The notes beneath the pieces are model-generated. The model did not search any database. It saw nothing but the letters and a program-made list of their open reading frames with translations, and was not told where the DNA came from. From Marsupella aquatica (taxonomy: Eukaryota > Plantae > Marchantiophyta), in assembly GCA_973895155.1 (NCBI GenBank), contig OZ316898.1, forward strand, positions 19,231,292 through 19,295,291: DNA of 64,000 nucleotides. Direction: 5' to 3'. This document shows positions 26,086 to 39,026 of this stretch, piece after piece. The position numbers and the translations under genes were made by a program. The stretch's first letter is position 1. Every line of letters starts with the position of its first letter.

Positions 26086-27812
26086 TCCTAAGAGAAGCGT
26101 GATCATTTGTTGGTGAATACATTGAATGAAACAGTATGTATTTTCCAAACTAGACTCACAAGAATTTTACCACCAAAATCTAAGTGCGCATATCTTATAT
26201 GATATTCTCACAATTGTATAAACCTTGAAATATGCACTTTATAAAAGTAGTCAAAATCAAACTCATCGATCAAAGTTTAAGTCAAACTCAAAGTTTTACA
26301 AAATATAACCCAACTTAAGCCCTGGAAGTGGTTTCAAATTCTACGAGTCCCTCTATTTACCTAGTGTAATCCAAAGGGACCTCTTCCCCTTCCTCGGTTC
26401 CGGAAGTCCCTACTGTCAATTCTGGAACAATTGTGGCATCGTCAACCACGCTATCCTCTCTAGCCTGAGGAATGTCTTCCTCACTCTCCTCATCCGTCTC
26501 CCCCTGTCCGTCTTCCTCTTCAATGTTATCTGCAAGGTTAAGAATCCTCCCTTTCAACACACTGCTTTGTCACTCGTCAATCTCAATGGCAACGCAATGT
26601 CTCCCCATGGCCAAGGAGGAGGTTGTCCCAGTCCCTGATCTTGAACAAATATCCAAAACCCAGTCTCCAACCTGACTAAAATGACTCACTTCCCAATCTA
26701 ACAATGCACGTGGTTTCTGATAGACATTCATTGCCTTGTTATCCCCGTTGTGTTTCAGCTTCTTAGTCACAGCTGCGCATACAACCACATTGTTCCTTGA
26801 TTCATTTCTGTCAAAATTGAAGTGCTCCAATGACCGTTTACCATCCTGGCTGTGAAAGCCAATTGTAAAGCACTCAAAGTTGTTGTTCAATCTTGGTCCA
26901 CCAGCATTCTTCACATTATCCTTAACCCTGAAAAGTCACAAAAAGTCAAGGAGTCATTTAAACTTAGAAACATGGTTCATGAAATCATGAACAACTAATA
27001 ATTGTTTTTTTCAAAAACAAATATAATTTCGTACCACACACAATTCTGGAACCCTCCATTACACTCCGCTTTCAAAACCGTCTTGATGGCCTCATATTGG
27101 TCAAGGCTGTGGTGAATGATAATACGCCACAACTTGGCAGTAGTAGCCACCTTGAACGATTGGACCATTTTGTGATCTCCTCAATTCCCCATCCAATAGT
27201 GTCCTCATGAAGACATCCAGGCAAAGCAAACCCGTAGGGAATATCCACTAAAGCTAATGTGTAAGCCCGACCCGGAACCACCTCGTGTAATCGCTGAGCA
27301 TCATGAGTAAAAATATCATAGTGCACATCACCAAACTCTGGATGCTCAAAAGAATTTGGATGAAGTTCCCCCTCTTGGGTTTGCCGACTAGAAGTCTTCA
27401 TGGATAGCCAATTTTGCGCTTGCACAATATGCGCATTGAATTTGTCCGGGAAGGACTTGAGATCTTTGCCTTCCTCATCTCCCTTCTTTTTCCGGGAGGT
27501 GGTATCTTTCTACAAAAGGGAACCTTACAATTAGAAACAAGGATTCCAAATATTAAATGAATTCAAACAATCATTCAAAGAAAGGTGACAGAATCTTACC
27601 CATGTGTGGAAAACAGGTACGAAATTCTTAAGCACATTGTCTATGCAATGCTCAGGGTACTTGGTTTTACAACCTGACCAACTCTCCTCGTGTAGACACG
27701 TGAGGAAGGCCTTCTGCACCTGCATGTGAAATTTGTGTCGAGTAAATTTGTGACCCATTTCCTGTAAAGAGAGTTCTTTAGTAAGAACTCTCTGTAACAC
27801 TGGGAAAATCAT

Positions 27813-29395
27813 GGCCTGGAAGGAACTCCCAATGAGATGGCACAGCTTGCGAGGTTTCACTACTGAGCACCGAGCACTTGCACACTCATTCCTAGAATAC
27901 CTGTGGAACACCAATGAATGTAGGACTGACTTTTACCTATATGCCAAACAGTGGAGGTGGGCTGACAAAACAGAGAAGTTGAAGGATTTCAGGGTGGATA
28001 ACTATCGTGTTTATGAATTCCTGCGGCCCAAAAGTTCAAATCATGGTCGCCTTAACCGGATCTGGTCCATTTCTCGACCTGAATTGAGCCCGGGTATGCA
28101 ACTCCCCTTTTTATAAGGCAAGTTTTTAATTCCTTATAATGGCCTTATATCCAATTGACCATCTTAGATTTCATTTTAGTCTACTAAAGTCTTGTACCTC
28201 TGAACTCAAGGAATCCAAAAATGTAACTTAAAAAAAAAACCAAACATGTTTTGATGTACAAAAAGTTGATCAAAACCAAATTATATGGGTTTTTTTTAAT
28301 ACAGGGGTCTACAACCAAACTAGCCAGCTTTTTAGGATTTTTATTAAAATTTTAAAAATCTTTTAATAAAAATTACAACATGTATAGGAATATTTTAAAA
28401 TTTCATATGGAAAATGAAGGAAACCAAACCTTTTATATGACTTGAAAATTTTAAAAAGTGGGAAACCCAGGTTTTTTCAAATTTTAATTATTTTGTATAG
28501 CCAACTTTTTAGTCCATATAAAAATGTAGACCCCTGTCTATTATATAAGAGTTGCGTACCCGGGGAATTGAGATGGAACTTGGGGTGGTCTAGACTGTGG
28601 GGCTCTGATCTGCCAACCAGGGGCAAGACATTCATCTGGAGAATTATTGTTGGGGGTCTATTCACGGGTGCTAGGGCACTTAGAATTGGTGTGAGCAATG
28701 GTGATTGCAAGGTGTGTAGCAGTACCTTAGAGACCATCCCCCACATGTTCTTTGGATGTGCATTTGCTGTGAGGTGCTGGGGACTCTACCACTGCTTCTT
28801 ACGTGAGCTAGGCTTACCAATCGGACAAGGGCTGCTGACTTTGTTGGACTCTGCTTATGGGAGGGACCCTGAGCAGATTGCCAAACTATTTGTCTTGCAA
28901 CAGATTTTATGGAGGTTGTGGCTTGGCAGGAACTCCCATATGTTCAATGCAGGTGGTAGACGTACATTTGATATGGACCTAGTGCTTTCCGAGGCTGCTG
29001 AGTGCTTGAATGCTATGAGCAGATGCTCACCCCTTGGTAGAAAGAACACCCGGTTGTGCTGGGCAAAAGATAGGATTGACAGTTTACGTAGGCTCTGGTT
29101 TAGTGATGGCAAGGGCTGTATTTCGACTGGTGGATGACCCTATGCCCACAAATGGATTAGAATGCGTGATTAGGTCTTAGTTGTGGTCCTGACAAGAGAC
29201 CCCCTCTTCTCATTTGCTACTGCTATTCTCTCCAGACTTGCTGGTTTTGGTTTGTCTTGGTGATGGCTTCTTTTGTACCCCTTGTGTTCCCCCCCCCCCC
29301 AAGGGGGGGATGTCTTGTTTTGCTGTGTGGCTTGTTTGCCCTGCCCGTGGGGTTTTTCGCGGGGTAAAACTATTTATTAAAAAAATCAATTCCAA
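27813..29395 (+). mobile_element. 5'-truncated LINE (ORF2 C-terminus, zf-RVT type) inserted in the MTase gene
   Basis: KTFIWR...CKVC...ETIPHMFFGC motif and an A-run at 29379-29385. A probable degenerate TSD lies at 27794-27812 and 29396-29414 (16/19 identical). Confidence 0.85.
28089..28564. mobile_element. hAT-type MITE (476 bp)
   Basis: 16-bp TIR cccgggta(t/c)gcaactc and 8-bp TSD GAATTGAG (28081-28088, 28565-28572). Removal fuses ORFs 27811 and 28442 in frame (SRPELRWNLGW). Confidence 0.92.
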
Positions 29396-31032
29396 GGAAC
29401 AGTGGGCAAATCATATCATGATCTTTCAAGACCTGCATGTGTCTCCACTCTATTAATTTCATGTCCTCATAAGGCAATTTGGCATCTCCAGACTTAGAGA
29501 CTTTCTTCTTGCCCTTGTCTCCTTTTTGACCTTTGATCTCACACATCTCCCACTTGTCACAAATCTGCCTCACAAATGACCACACAGGATCTTGTCGGAA
29601 TGCCAACTGAAATAGGTTATCGTTGGCATTAAGAACCTCAACATCCTTTCGCACACCCCAATCCTTGAGATTGATTTCAGTAGCACACTCTTTCTTCAAA
29701 TCCTGGTTGGACGACAATTCATTCTCCACAAATCTCATGTGAATATAATTTACTCTTTGGATTGTCGTCATCTATTGTTGAAATTCATAATCAATATTGT
29801 GACTCCACGCCAGGTTTCTTGCCTCTTGCACACTCAATCCTGCAAATATCCAAGATTGCACTCTCCAAAATGCCTTGTTGTTAGGGAATTGAAGAGCAAG
29901 GTTTGCTCTAGCACAGGCTAAATGGTTGCCCCCAATCACATAATAATGGTAATCAGATTTCCTTGAAAAATCAAAGTCTTGCCTAGTAGCACACTCCTTC
30001 GGATCCACCAAGAGGACAAACGGAGCTGCAAGTGGACTGGCACCTATAGTCTTCATCCGCAAGGTCAATTGGGTCAAGAAATATGGTTGGATGTGTCGGA
30101 CCTGGTAAATGGGCAAGCCCACAGCCTTCTCTCTCATTGGAGGGTAAAGTTGACCAATGTCAACGGTCACGGTCTCCTCTTGAACACCACATCTTCCCAG
30201 AATCTCCTCATGGTACAATACTCGTGCATCCATTGACATTGATTGAGCCTTTTTCTCCAAATGCGTTGGAATTTTCTTCAAAGTCTTCTTTTTTGACTTT
30301 GGAGCACTGGGCTCGGCAGGCTCAGGAGTCATAGCAGGTCGCTTCTTTGAAGTAGTGCGAGTTCCAGTTGTACCTTGTGCTGACCCACCAGTCAAAGCTG
30401 TTCCCTGGGATGATCTGCCAACTTGAGATCCCCCTCCAGATGCTGCTGCTTCCCGGGAGGTTGTAGGCGCTACCACGGTCAAAATGTCATCGGGGTAAAA
30501 TGCTAGGCCTGGATCCAGAAGGAACACCGAAAGCCCCAGATTTGGGTGGATGACTTACCCCCTTCTCTGCCAATCTTTTCCGGAGAATCTCTCTCAATTT
30601 TTGGATTGCACTCTTTAAAGTGCTAGCGTGAAATTCAAACACAAAACCAGAAATCTTTCCCGTAATGTCGTGGTAACGTTCCTCACTCAAAACAGACTTG
30701 ACAGTCTCAATGATGCTATCGATGTCCTCATCAAGATAGCAGGTGGCAACTGTTCCGGAAAACCTCTCCACATCCATGACAATCAAAGTCGATGTTTCCT
30801 TCGTTGTGATCAACATGTTCACAACTTCGTCGCCCCGTCAAAATACATCAATGCGGCCATAATTGACCCACCCTAATGCCCCCGATGGAAGCCCCTCAAA
30901 TACACACAGCATTAGGAAGGGCTTCTTCCATGTTTCCATCCCTAAGGAAATCGTGCAGGATGAGTTGTGGAAGTCCGTCAAAGGATGGCGCAAAAAGATG
31001 TCATCCACCAGCTCTTCCTGCGACATTGTCAT

Positions 31033-32118
31033 GTTTCCGCCTGATCTTCAAACCTGAGAACATACCACAAAATCAGTCCACTTCAACCCCAACCTGTGAG
31101 ACAAAGTGCCACAGAACCAAAGAATGTGCCAACAAATGGCTACTAAATCCGTGTCCTTACGGATCTAACAACTCTCTCGGCCACCCCAGGACTCCTATCA
31201 TGAATTCATGAAGGGAGTCTCCCTCTCGCACCAACCTTCATGAATTCATGAGGGGAGTCTCCTCTCTCTTTGCATGTACACTTCAGAGATGCAGAAGGGT
31301 ATTAGAAATGGGGTTCGGAGGGAGGGTGACGTGAAGAAATCACCCAGGGTCTAAATTACTACCTAAAATAGGGTCAAAATGAAGCGCCACCACGACAACT
31401 CGCGACACGTCGCCAATGAGTGCTGAAAATGGCACGAAATTGGACAGCGAGATTGTTTTTCACTCTTTTAGAAAGGAAATCCAAATGACATCGAGTGAAA
31501 AATGAATGGGCTGCCTCGTGTTCCTTGGTTATACATACTAATCACGGATGAGGCACGACTTAGTAAAATTAACCCCAAATCCTCGGGGGTTTCACTTCCA
31601 CAAAAATGGCATATCACGTGCGACAAAGTATAGGGTCATTTTATTGGTTCAAAGGGAAGACTTAAGAATTTTTTGAGAAGAACAATAGGGTCTTTTAAAT
31701 CCAATTTTGAAACTTATAAGAACATTAGGGTCCTTATAACCAAATTTTTGGAATATTCCAAGAATATTCCAACTTTATAGGGGTTGAAAAAATAAAAAAA
31801 ATTCTTACATTTTAGGGGGTCCGAGGCCTAAAAACGTCGCAGGTGATGGGGAGGCATCCGTATAGTGAGACCCCCGAGCCCAAATCATGATAAATCAATG
31901 TTTTTGGGCCAATCATTCATGAATATTTTGGGGTATTAACGGGAAAAAGTTTGTAAATTTCATGAATATTTGATATTTTTGAAGTTAAGAAGTCCCAACA
32001 ATCCGTGAAAAACTATAAATAAGCTCGTTTATTCATGACTCTTGGTCATTATTTTGAGGAGATTTGTTAGATTTTACTGATTTTTTGAGTTTCTTGTCAA
32101 TTTGCACTAGTTTTTCCA
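31033..32118. promoter_or_regulatory. Putative bidirectional promoter between the ParB-MTase and transposase-like genes
   Basis: Non-coding 1.1 kb between divergent ATGs (31032 minus, 32119 plus). TATA-like ctataaata near 32013. TCATGAATTCATGA palindromes at 31198 and 31238. Confidence 0.5.
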
Positions 32119-35100
32119 ATGGCGGCATGTTACGAATCAGATGATTATTTAGATGGAGTTTCTGATGATGTTTCATTGTCGGATGGCCCCTGCACAGTGG
32201 TTGGCCTAGATATCCCTGGAATAACTACTGTTTTAGATATGCCACCCCCACCCCTATGAGCAAGTTAAAAAGTACTCCTTTACGACTTGCAATTAGTGGG
32301 AAGAAATCATTGGTCGGTGGTAAGGAGAGGTCAGGGAGCTCCTCTAACTCGTTGGAGAGTATTGGTCCCCTTGGATGTCAAGTTGTATCTCCTTTGTCAC
32401 CAACAAAGGACAAATTGGGGAGTAATATGGAAGGTTCAATGCCTATTCGGATGTATGGGAAACGGTCTCATGAATTCATGAAGACTGGATTTGGAAAGAC
32501 GAAGAGGACACTAAGTGGGGCAAACGACAGAGATTTTTGCAGTCTCCAAAGTGTTCAACGGCTGAAGCAAATGCCAAAAAGTAAAACCTTTGGTAAGCCA
32601 ACGTCGGAAACATTTCACAGGGGGATGAGGGAAGAAACTAGATGACCAGTGCTATTGAAAAGTATTCCAGAAAGGAATTCTAATGTGCGTTCCTCATTTT
32701 TACCTGGGAGTCATGGTGTTGGGGTAGGGAGGGGATCAAGTCACGGAAACGCAAATAGGGAAACCAACCTGGTGGAGAGGGCCCCTAGGAAAATATTGAA
32801 AGGGTCCCTACACGGTAATGGAGGGATTTCTGAAATACGCCCAGGTATTCCAAGGCTGCATAGAGTGAAGGAAGAGCCTCCATCTCCGAAGGCTGCAAGT
32901 CTGGAATCTCGGGATGTTCAGAAGAAAATGTTGGTGACCATTTCATCATTGAATGATAGCGAGTCTTCAGAGAGTGAGGAGGATGATGATGTTCTGGTGG
33001 CATCTAGTCGTTACAAACGTACGAGCAACGCCACTTTGTGTGAAACAAAGTTGAAAGAGGAGGATATCAAGAAAACAAATAGTAAGTATTGTTGTCAGAG
33101 TCATTGTCTCCTAAGTCTATCTCCAAAAGAAATTCGTGAGGCGCGTTCTAAATTTTTGAGGCAGAAATCTTAGGATCGATCTTTATCTTTGCAGTGGCTT
33201 ATAAAGCGAGATGGAAATGAAGGAGGGAGGCAAACTATATGTTACACGTTTGGTCAAAAGAGTATTTGTCGGAAAGCTTTCAAGCTTATATTTTGCGTTG
33301 GCAATCAGAGATTAAATAGAATTTTGAAATTAGACAACCAAGACTTAGGATATTCTAAACCAGTTGGACGCCCTCCATCTATTAAAAGATTAGTCTTGGT
33401 CAGTTGGCTTAGGTCGTTTTTGAGACACGCGTGGAAACATTGCCAAATAAAGAAGTTTCACATTTACCGGATAATTATTCAAAGCTAGAGGTATGGAAGA
33501 TCTACGACTCCAACTATGCCAAGATTGATGAATCATCAAAAATATCCTATCGAAAATTCTTGAAAGTCTGGGTTCAAGAATTTGGTCATGTGAAGATTCC
33601 TCCAGTCAATCGATTCAGTGCTTGCGCGGATTGCGAGGATTTCAAATCAATTCGGGACAAAGCTATCTCGAAGACCGAAAAGAGTAAGTTACTTACAAGT
33701 TTGACAAGTTTTTTGTTTCAAGAATATGGCTTAGCACATTATTTCTATGTTTTTTGAAGAAACTAACAAGTTGTTTTTCTAGGGCAAGGGGAGATTATGT
33801 TACAAAAATATAGAGACCAACAATTCAAAGAACGTGAGAAACTCGCAAAGCATCGTAAGAAATGTTTTTCAAATCCTGATAAATATTTGGGAGTTGTCAT
33901 TGATGGGATGGATCAGAAGAAGACAAGGTTGCCTCATTGGCCGCAGCCCCCAAAATCGGTGGACGAAACATGTTTGATCCAAATACACGTTGTCGAATGC
34001 CTGGTTTTCAATGGTGCACTATTTTCAAGAGTGTTTCTTAATTATCCTATATTGCATAATGATGGAAACTTGACAGTCACAATCCTACAAAGGGTGTTTC
34101 ACGAATGGGAAGAAATGCCTGGTGGCTTGCCGCCTGTTCTCTATGTTCAACTTGATAATACCAGTAGAGAAAATAAAAATAATTTACTCTTTGCCTATAT
34201 ATCTTCATATGTTGATTCGAAGAAAGGTTTTTTGGAAAATCACTAGTACATATTTAGCTGATTTCCGATGCTCAATTTTTGCAAACAATCGGCGTTCGAT
34301 TCTTTTAGAATCGGAAATTCCCATTATCACAAAATGGCAATATGCCATACTCTCAGCTTCGGATATCTTCATTTCCGATGTAATTAACAACGAACCTTTC
34401 TGATGCGCTAAAAAACGGATCATATCCGTTACAAAATACATCGGATCCCCTAACAAAAAATTTGATTGATATGTCCGATGGTTTTTGTAACGGAAATGAT
34501 GTGCGTTTCAATATTGATCGGAAAAGTTTCGTAGTTGATAAGAACGGATATTATATCCGATTGTGGTAAAATGGCAAAGTCCGATGTTGAGAGAATGGGA
34601 AAGTTTGATGCTGGGAGAATAGGAAAGTCCGATGCTAGTAGAATGGGAAATTTTCATTTTGGCAAAATGACAAATTCCTATTGTGTTAGATGGGGCATGT
34701 AGTTGCACCGACATACTCTTCCTAGAAAAGAGGATACAATCATTCTTGCATGTTTGAATGACTTCATACTTGAGGCAAATGGACTTAATTGAATGTTGTT
34801 CTTGCCTCCTTCCAAGACCCCAAAATATTGTTCCCTTTTGGCAATGTTTGCTCAACATGCAAAATCAAAAATTTATCATCTAAAAGGAGATTGCTTGTCC
34901 CATGTAGTCTTTGTTGCAAGTCCAACAACAACATAGTTGATGAAAGATGAGACAATCGGGAGCTGCCCTTGACGCCAAGGCTTTGGAAGGACCAAAATCT
35001 TAATCTTCCATAACTAATAAACTATAATGATCTCATGTCAAGTCGGATGGAGGAGGGCTTTATTATTCACGAATGACCCCAAATTTCTATTGATTGCTCC

Positions 35101-37448
35101 AAGGGAATGTAAGAGGGTAATCGTAATTATAGATCACTCGATGCAAACCTGCAATATCATGAAAGAGCAAAACTGGGATTTATTAGTCTAATGCCACACT
35201 TTTGTGGCATAATCACTACATTGTCACTCTTTTTATTGTATTTATAAGTCTGCCACTTGTTTGAGTCATCGGTTAAGAAAAGTAACTCAGATTAACTACC
35301 TAAGATCCGATGTTTGAGATTTCTTTTGGTCTTCCCATTGGATGGTCGTTGCTTCTCTCACGGTTACATTTTGAACCCTCAGTATAGTTTGCGGAGGGGT
35401 GGGTCGGCTAATCCATTTCTCCTCCCCTCCATTTCTCTATCACCATAGTCGAGGCGCACTGGCTGCGTCTGTGCTCCACCCTTGCCACTATCGTTGCTTC
35501 CTCATTTCCCTGGCCCGGGCTGTGTTGTCATTGACCCTAGTTGCCTCTAGCTTGGCTGGGGCTGCATTGTTGCATGTTGCCTGTTGGCCTCTCCCGACTC
35601 TGCCCAGCTTAGGTCCAAATTATGGGTCTTAATAAATTTAGAAGTGTATAAAATCCCTAAACACTTCAAGTCAAACAATAAAAGTGTTAACCTTGCATGT
35701 ACATTGTGAGGGATAAGAACCACAAAGTTAAGCTCATGTTGGAGGAATAGCAATTGGGATGGGTGACCACTTAGTTGAGGAATGAAGAGTTGAAATGTCA
35801 AAGGAGATGGGCACCTCGCTCGTGGTTGCAAAATGAACGTAAATATACAAAGGAAGAGATGAGTGACTTGAGCACCCCGCGTCCGCTCCAATGTGTATCC
35901 CATTTTTATTGTTTTGCTCTTTCCCATTCTCCCAGCATCGGACTTTCCCATTCTCCCAACATTGGACTTTCCCATTCTCTTAGCATCGGACTTTCCCATT
36001 CTTTCAATATCGGACTTTCCGATATAAGTCCAATTGTCGATATCCGATACTTTTATCATGGCATGTTACGATGCCGGCAAAATTGGATGTATGGTTTTTT
36101 CATATTTTGTTTTACAAAGACGTCCAATGTGGAGAGAATTGGAAAAAGGAGGTAAAATGTACTAGTGAATCAAACTAGGATTCTTGTTGGTTGGACACAC
36201 ACACGACCAAATAGATCAAATGTTCAGTCAATTTTCTAAACGACTAGCAAGGTTTAAGGCATTCACATACGAAAGCCTATGTGATATTATTTGTGAATCA
36301 TATCAACCCCAACCAAATATCATTCTTTTAAAGGAAACATATGATTTCCATCAATATGCCTTCTCAGATCCATCTTTAGTCATTGAAAGGATTCGAAATG
36401 TTACCTTCCACCACCAGTACAAATTTGCATTTGACGTAAGTTGGAAGATCAAGTTCCAACCCGATGGGGGAAGAAGTTTTCCACGGACTCAACTTGGAAA
36501 CCTGACGGAGGCATGAAATTTTTGAGGGAAGAGGAGCCAGAAAAGGTGATGGGTTGTGCTCCCGGATTACCCCTTTTCAAAAAGGGGGATAAGAATGTTA
36601 CAAGGACTCAACCAAATATGTCTAGTTCTTCAAGAATGACTTTGAAGGAGATTTGTTAAATGAGATTCAAAAGGGAATACTTGCAGTTGAAACTTTATTC
36701 TCAGAAGAGGAAGTGAACTAGTGGAGAATGTTTTTTGAAGAGCAGAGGGAATTGAATAAATCCTTGCTCCTTGATCAAAGACCATTGATTTTCCCTTTTC
36801 AATGGCCACATTCCCAAGGGGAGATTGCTGTTGCTGCTGAAGTTCCCAGAGTCCTTTTCAATGAAGAGAAAATTGAAGAGAGAGTATACGGACCTACCAG
36901 AGATATATACGTGGGTCCTTATCGGAATCAAGGAAAGATAGATGCAGAGAAGGAGAATATTGAAGGACACTTTTCAGATCTTGAAGTCAACACTTATATT
37001 TCTGTTGTTGGAGAAGAATTGGAAACATTTTGGGTGGCCAAGGAGGAAAGAATTGACCAGCACGACGAGTTCTACATTCCAAAAATGATTTATGTTTTAT
37101 GGCATGCGCACTGCAAAAACCGGGTCAGATCCTTGGAAAGCCAAGTACTTACCAGAAGTCTTAAACTACGAAAAGAAGAAAAGTGGTCGTGGGAAAGGAA
37201 CTTTGAAACCAATATGGTTTCACCAAGAGCTTGATTTATCTTCAACGACTGTTTTTGCTTACAACTTCATGTTGATAAAATCTGATACATTGTACAAAAA
37301 GATAGTAGATCGAATCAAAATCCGATTGACTGAATTTTTGGCAGAAGAGAAAGAGCAAGAACAAGAGAATGGATCAGCTAGAACCCCGCTAGGAGATAAA
37401 TCTAGGGATATTTCGTTTCAAGAATTGAGGACTTTTGGATCTGAGTAA
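32119..37448 (+). pseudogene. DUF7869-type putative DDE/D transposase (RNase H-like fold), disrupted
   Basis: Motifs CC..HC, ICRKAF, RFSACADC, IDGMDQKKTRLP, LPPVLYVQLDNTSRENKN and, after removing the CACTA insert, KVFWKIKLGFLLVGHTHDQIDQMFS. GT-AG intron at 33684-33782. Several stops and frameshifts. The family call is from motif recall, not from a search. Confidence 0.75.
34241..36167 (-). mobile_element. Non-autonomous CACTA (En/Spm) element
   Basis: CACTAGTACAT...ATGTACTAGTG TIRs and 3-bp TSD AAT. Subterminal repeats atcggactttcccattct occur near both ends in opposite orientation. A transposase remnant LKYEVIQTCKNDCILF lies in ORF 34508-34858. Confidence 0.93.
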
Positions 37449-38007
37449 TGAAAAGTAGGTATTGTTTGTGACATTACCATTGAAAAACATGGATAACTTG
37501 AAATTTGTCAAATTTTCAAAATGCCTTTACCACTTATTCATGAATTCATGGTTAAAGTTTCTTGAGAAATTTGTAGTTTAATATTTTCTTAGTGGGTTGT
37601 GTTTCAATTCAATTAGATGGTGTCATTTCTATCCTCCTTGTCTTCTTTTCACAATAATGTGTATCAGGCTAAGTTGTAGTAGTTTATTTTCTGGTTTTAA
37701 AATGACAATGGCTTTTGGAGGTGATTTAGTTGTTGGTTCAAGAGACAGCTCGTGTAATTGTCAGACCATTGTAGATAATAGTGTGTTATTTGAGGTCATT
37801 TATTGGTGGAATGTAACTTCAGATGAATTTGGGCATTTTTAGGCTGTCAAAACATAGCTAGTTTATGTCATATTTTGTTCGCTCCATATTTTTGTTCTAA
37901 AATAGGTGCTAATTTTGGCACTTTTTTTGACTTTTTTGTTGTTTTTCTGATGTTTTGGCTAGAGTTCCTAAAGTATGGGCTTGTTACTCATCATTTAAGG
38001 CTTCTTG

Positions 38008-38776
38008 TTTCCATAGATTGTGAGAAAACCTGAATGCCTCCTTCACTCGTCACGTCGCACTCGGTAACAACTCGGCAGCAATCCAGCTACCAAAACGACC
38101 AGCTCGCTTCAACCTTCAACTTAAGCTATAATGTGCGATCCCTCCTGCACCGCACAACTCACACCGTTGAAAAATGCAAACTCTGGTCTCTCCCCCAAAA
38201 AGCCGTCAAACATGAATAAACCCTGAACGACACAAACTTCAATTCCTCCGCACCACGGATACCAATCAACGAGTTCTAACCACCGTTAGAAAGCCCTCTC
38301 ACTAACCTATCCGCACAACCACACACATTCAAGTTTCATGCGGCAAAATTCCGAATGTACCATCGACAATGAACGCTGGAAAAACCTGTCACAAAAAAAC
38401 CTCGGCACCTCCCAGGCATGCTCTGATACCACTTGTTGAGCATAGACGACATTCGCAATGACAAGCCCATGAACCATCCAACGCACAAGAGTCGACATAG
38501 AGAGATACGTGGTTCACCTCCACATGAGGCTACGTTCACAGGAACACACAAGAGCTTTACTGCACTCTAGGCCGACCGACCATACCAAGCATCCACAGCA
38601 CAAGCTCTCCCTATCTCTCAACTAGCTCCGTAACAATGAGCCTAAGTTCCACCAGGGTCTGGCATCAGCCCTGGCTATATGCACAACAACACTACCACTA
38701 ACATTAGCTAAGTCCTAACCCGAGTTAGCCTAACTGTCGTTAGCTCTTGAGTCAAAGACTAGAGCAATATCTAACA
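38008..38776 (-). mobile_element. Copia family A 5' end: LTR (38434-38776), PBS and part of the leader
   Basis: Homologous to 13745-14553. PBS gctctgatacca at 38420-38431. Confidence 0.9.
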
Positions 38777-39026
38777 GAATGGAAGGATCCGGGGGACTTT
38801 CAATTGAAGCTAGGGCTATCGTTTTGAATCCAGTTCAAAATCCAATGCAAGTAATGTCAATTCCAAGAGAGAAAAGTTGGATCAACATCCCAAATTTGGA
38901 CAGCTGAAGATTAGTTCCACTTCAAACTAAAATGGGGATTTGGATTCCAAGAGATGATCTGATTCCAATCCCCAATTTTTGAGAATTCTGTGAATATGAA
39001 ATCTCCTTTCAAACCTGTTATTATAT

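Larger units (their letters stand above)
26357..31032 (-). pseudogene. ParB/Srx-like domain plus beta-class DNA N6A/N4C methyltransferase fusion gene, with two introns, disrupted
   Basis: ParB-like segment APFVLLVDP...YVIGGNH...LAWSHN. MTase motif IV LVDIPYG, then CVWVK...NNFE, then YQKPRALL...GDWVLDICSRSGTGTTSSLAMGRHCVAIEID (motifs X, I, II). GT-AG introns at 27510-27599 and 26928-27034 restore the frame. Interrupted by a LINE at 27813-29395 and by several stops and frameshifts. Confidence 0.85.

Noticed and set aside
26357-31032. Bacterial contamination or a recent prophage as the source of the MTase
   Set aside because: The gene has GT-AG introns and plant LINE/hAT insertions, and it is embedded among plant retroelements.
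26086-38007. Terminal inverted repeats or TSD for the ParB-MTase/transposase element
   Set aside because: No convincing inverted match between about 26090-26350 and 37550-38007. Both sides abut truncated retroelements, so the boundaries are not called.
38434-38776. This LTR as the partner of the 19538 LTR
   Set aside because: Its flank (GAATG) does not match GCCGC, and it differs at sites where the 39027-39074 remnant is identical.
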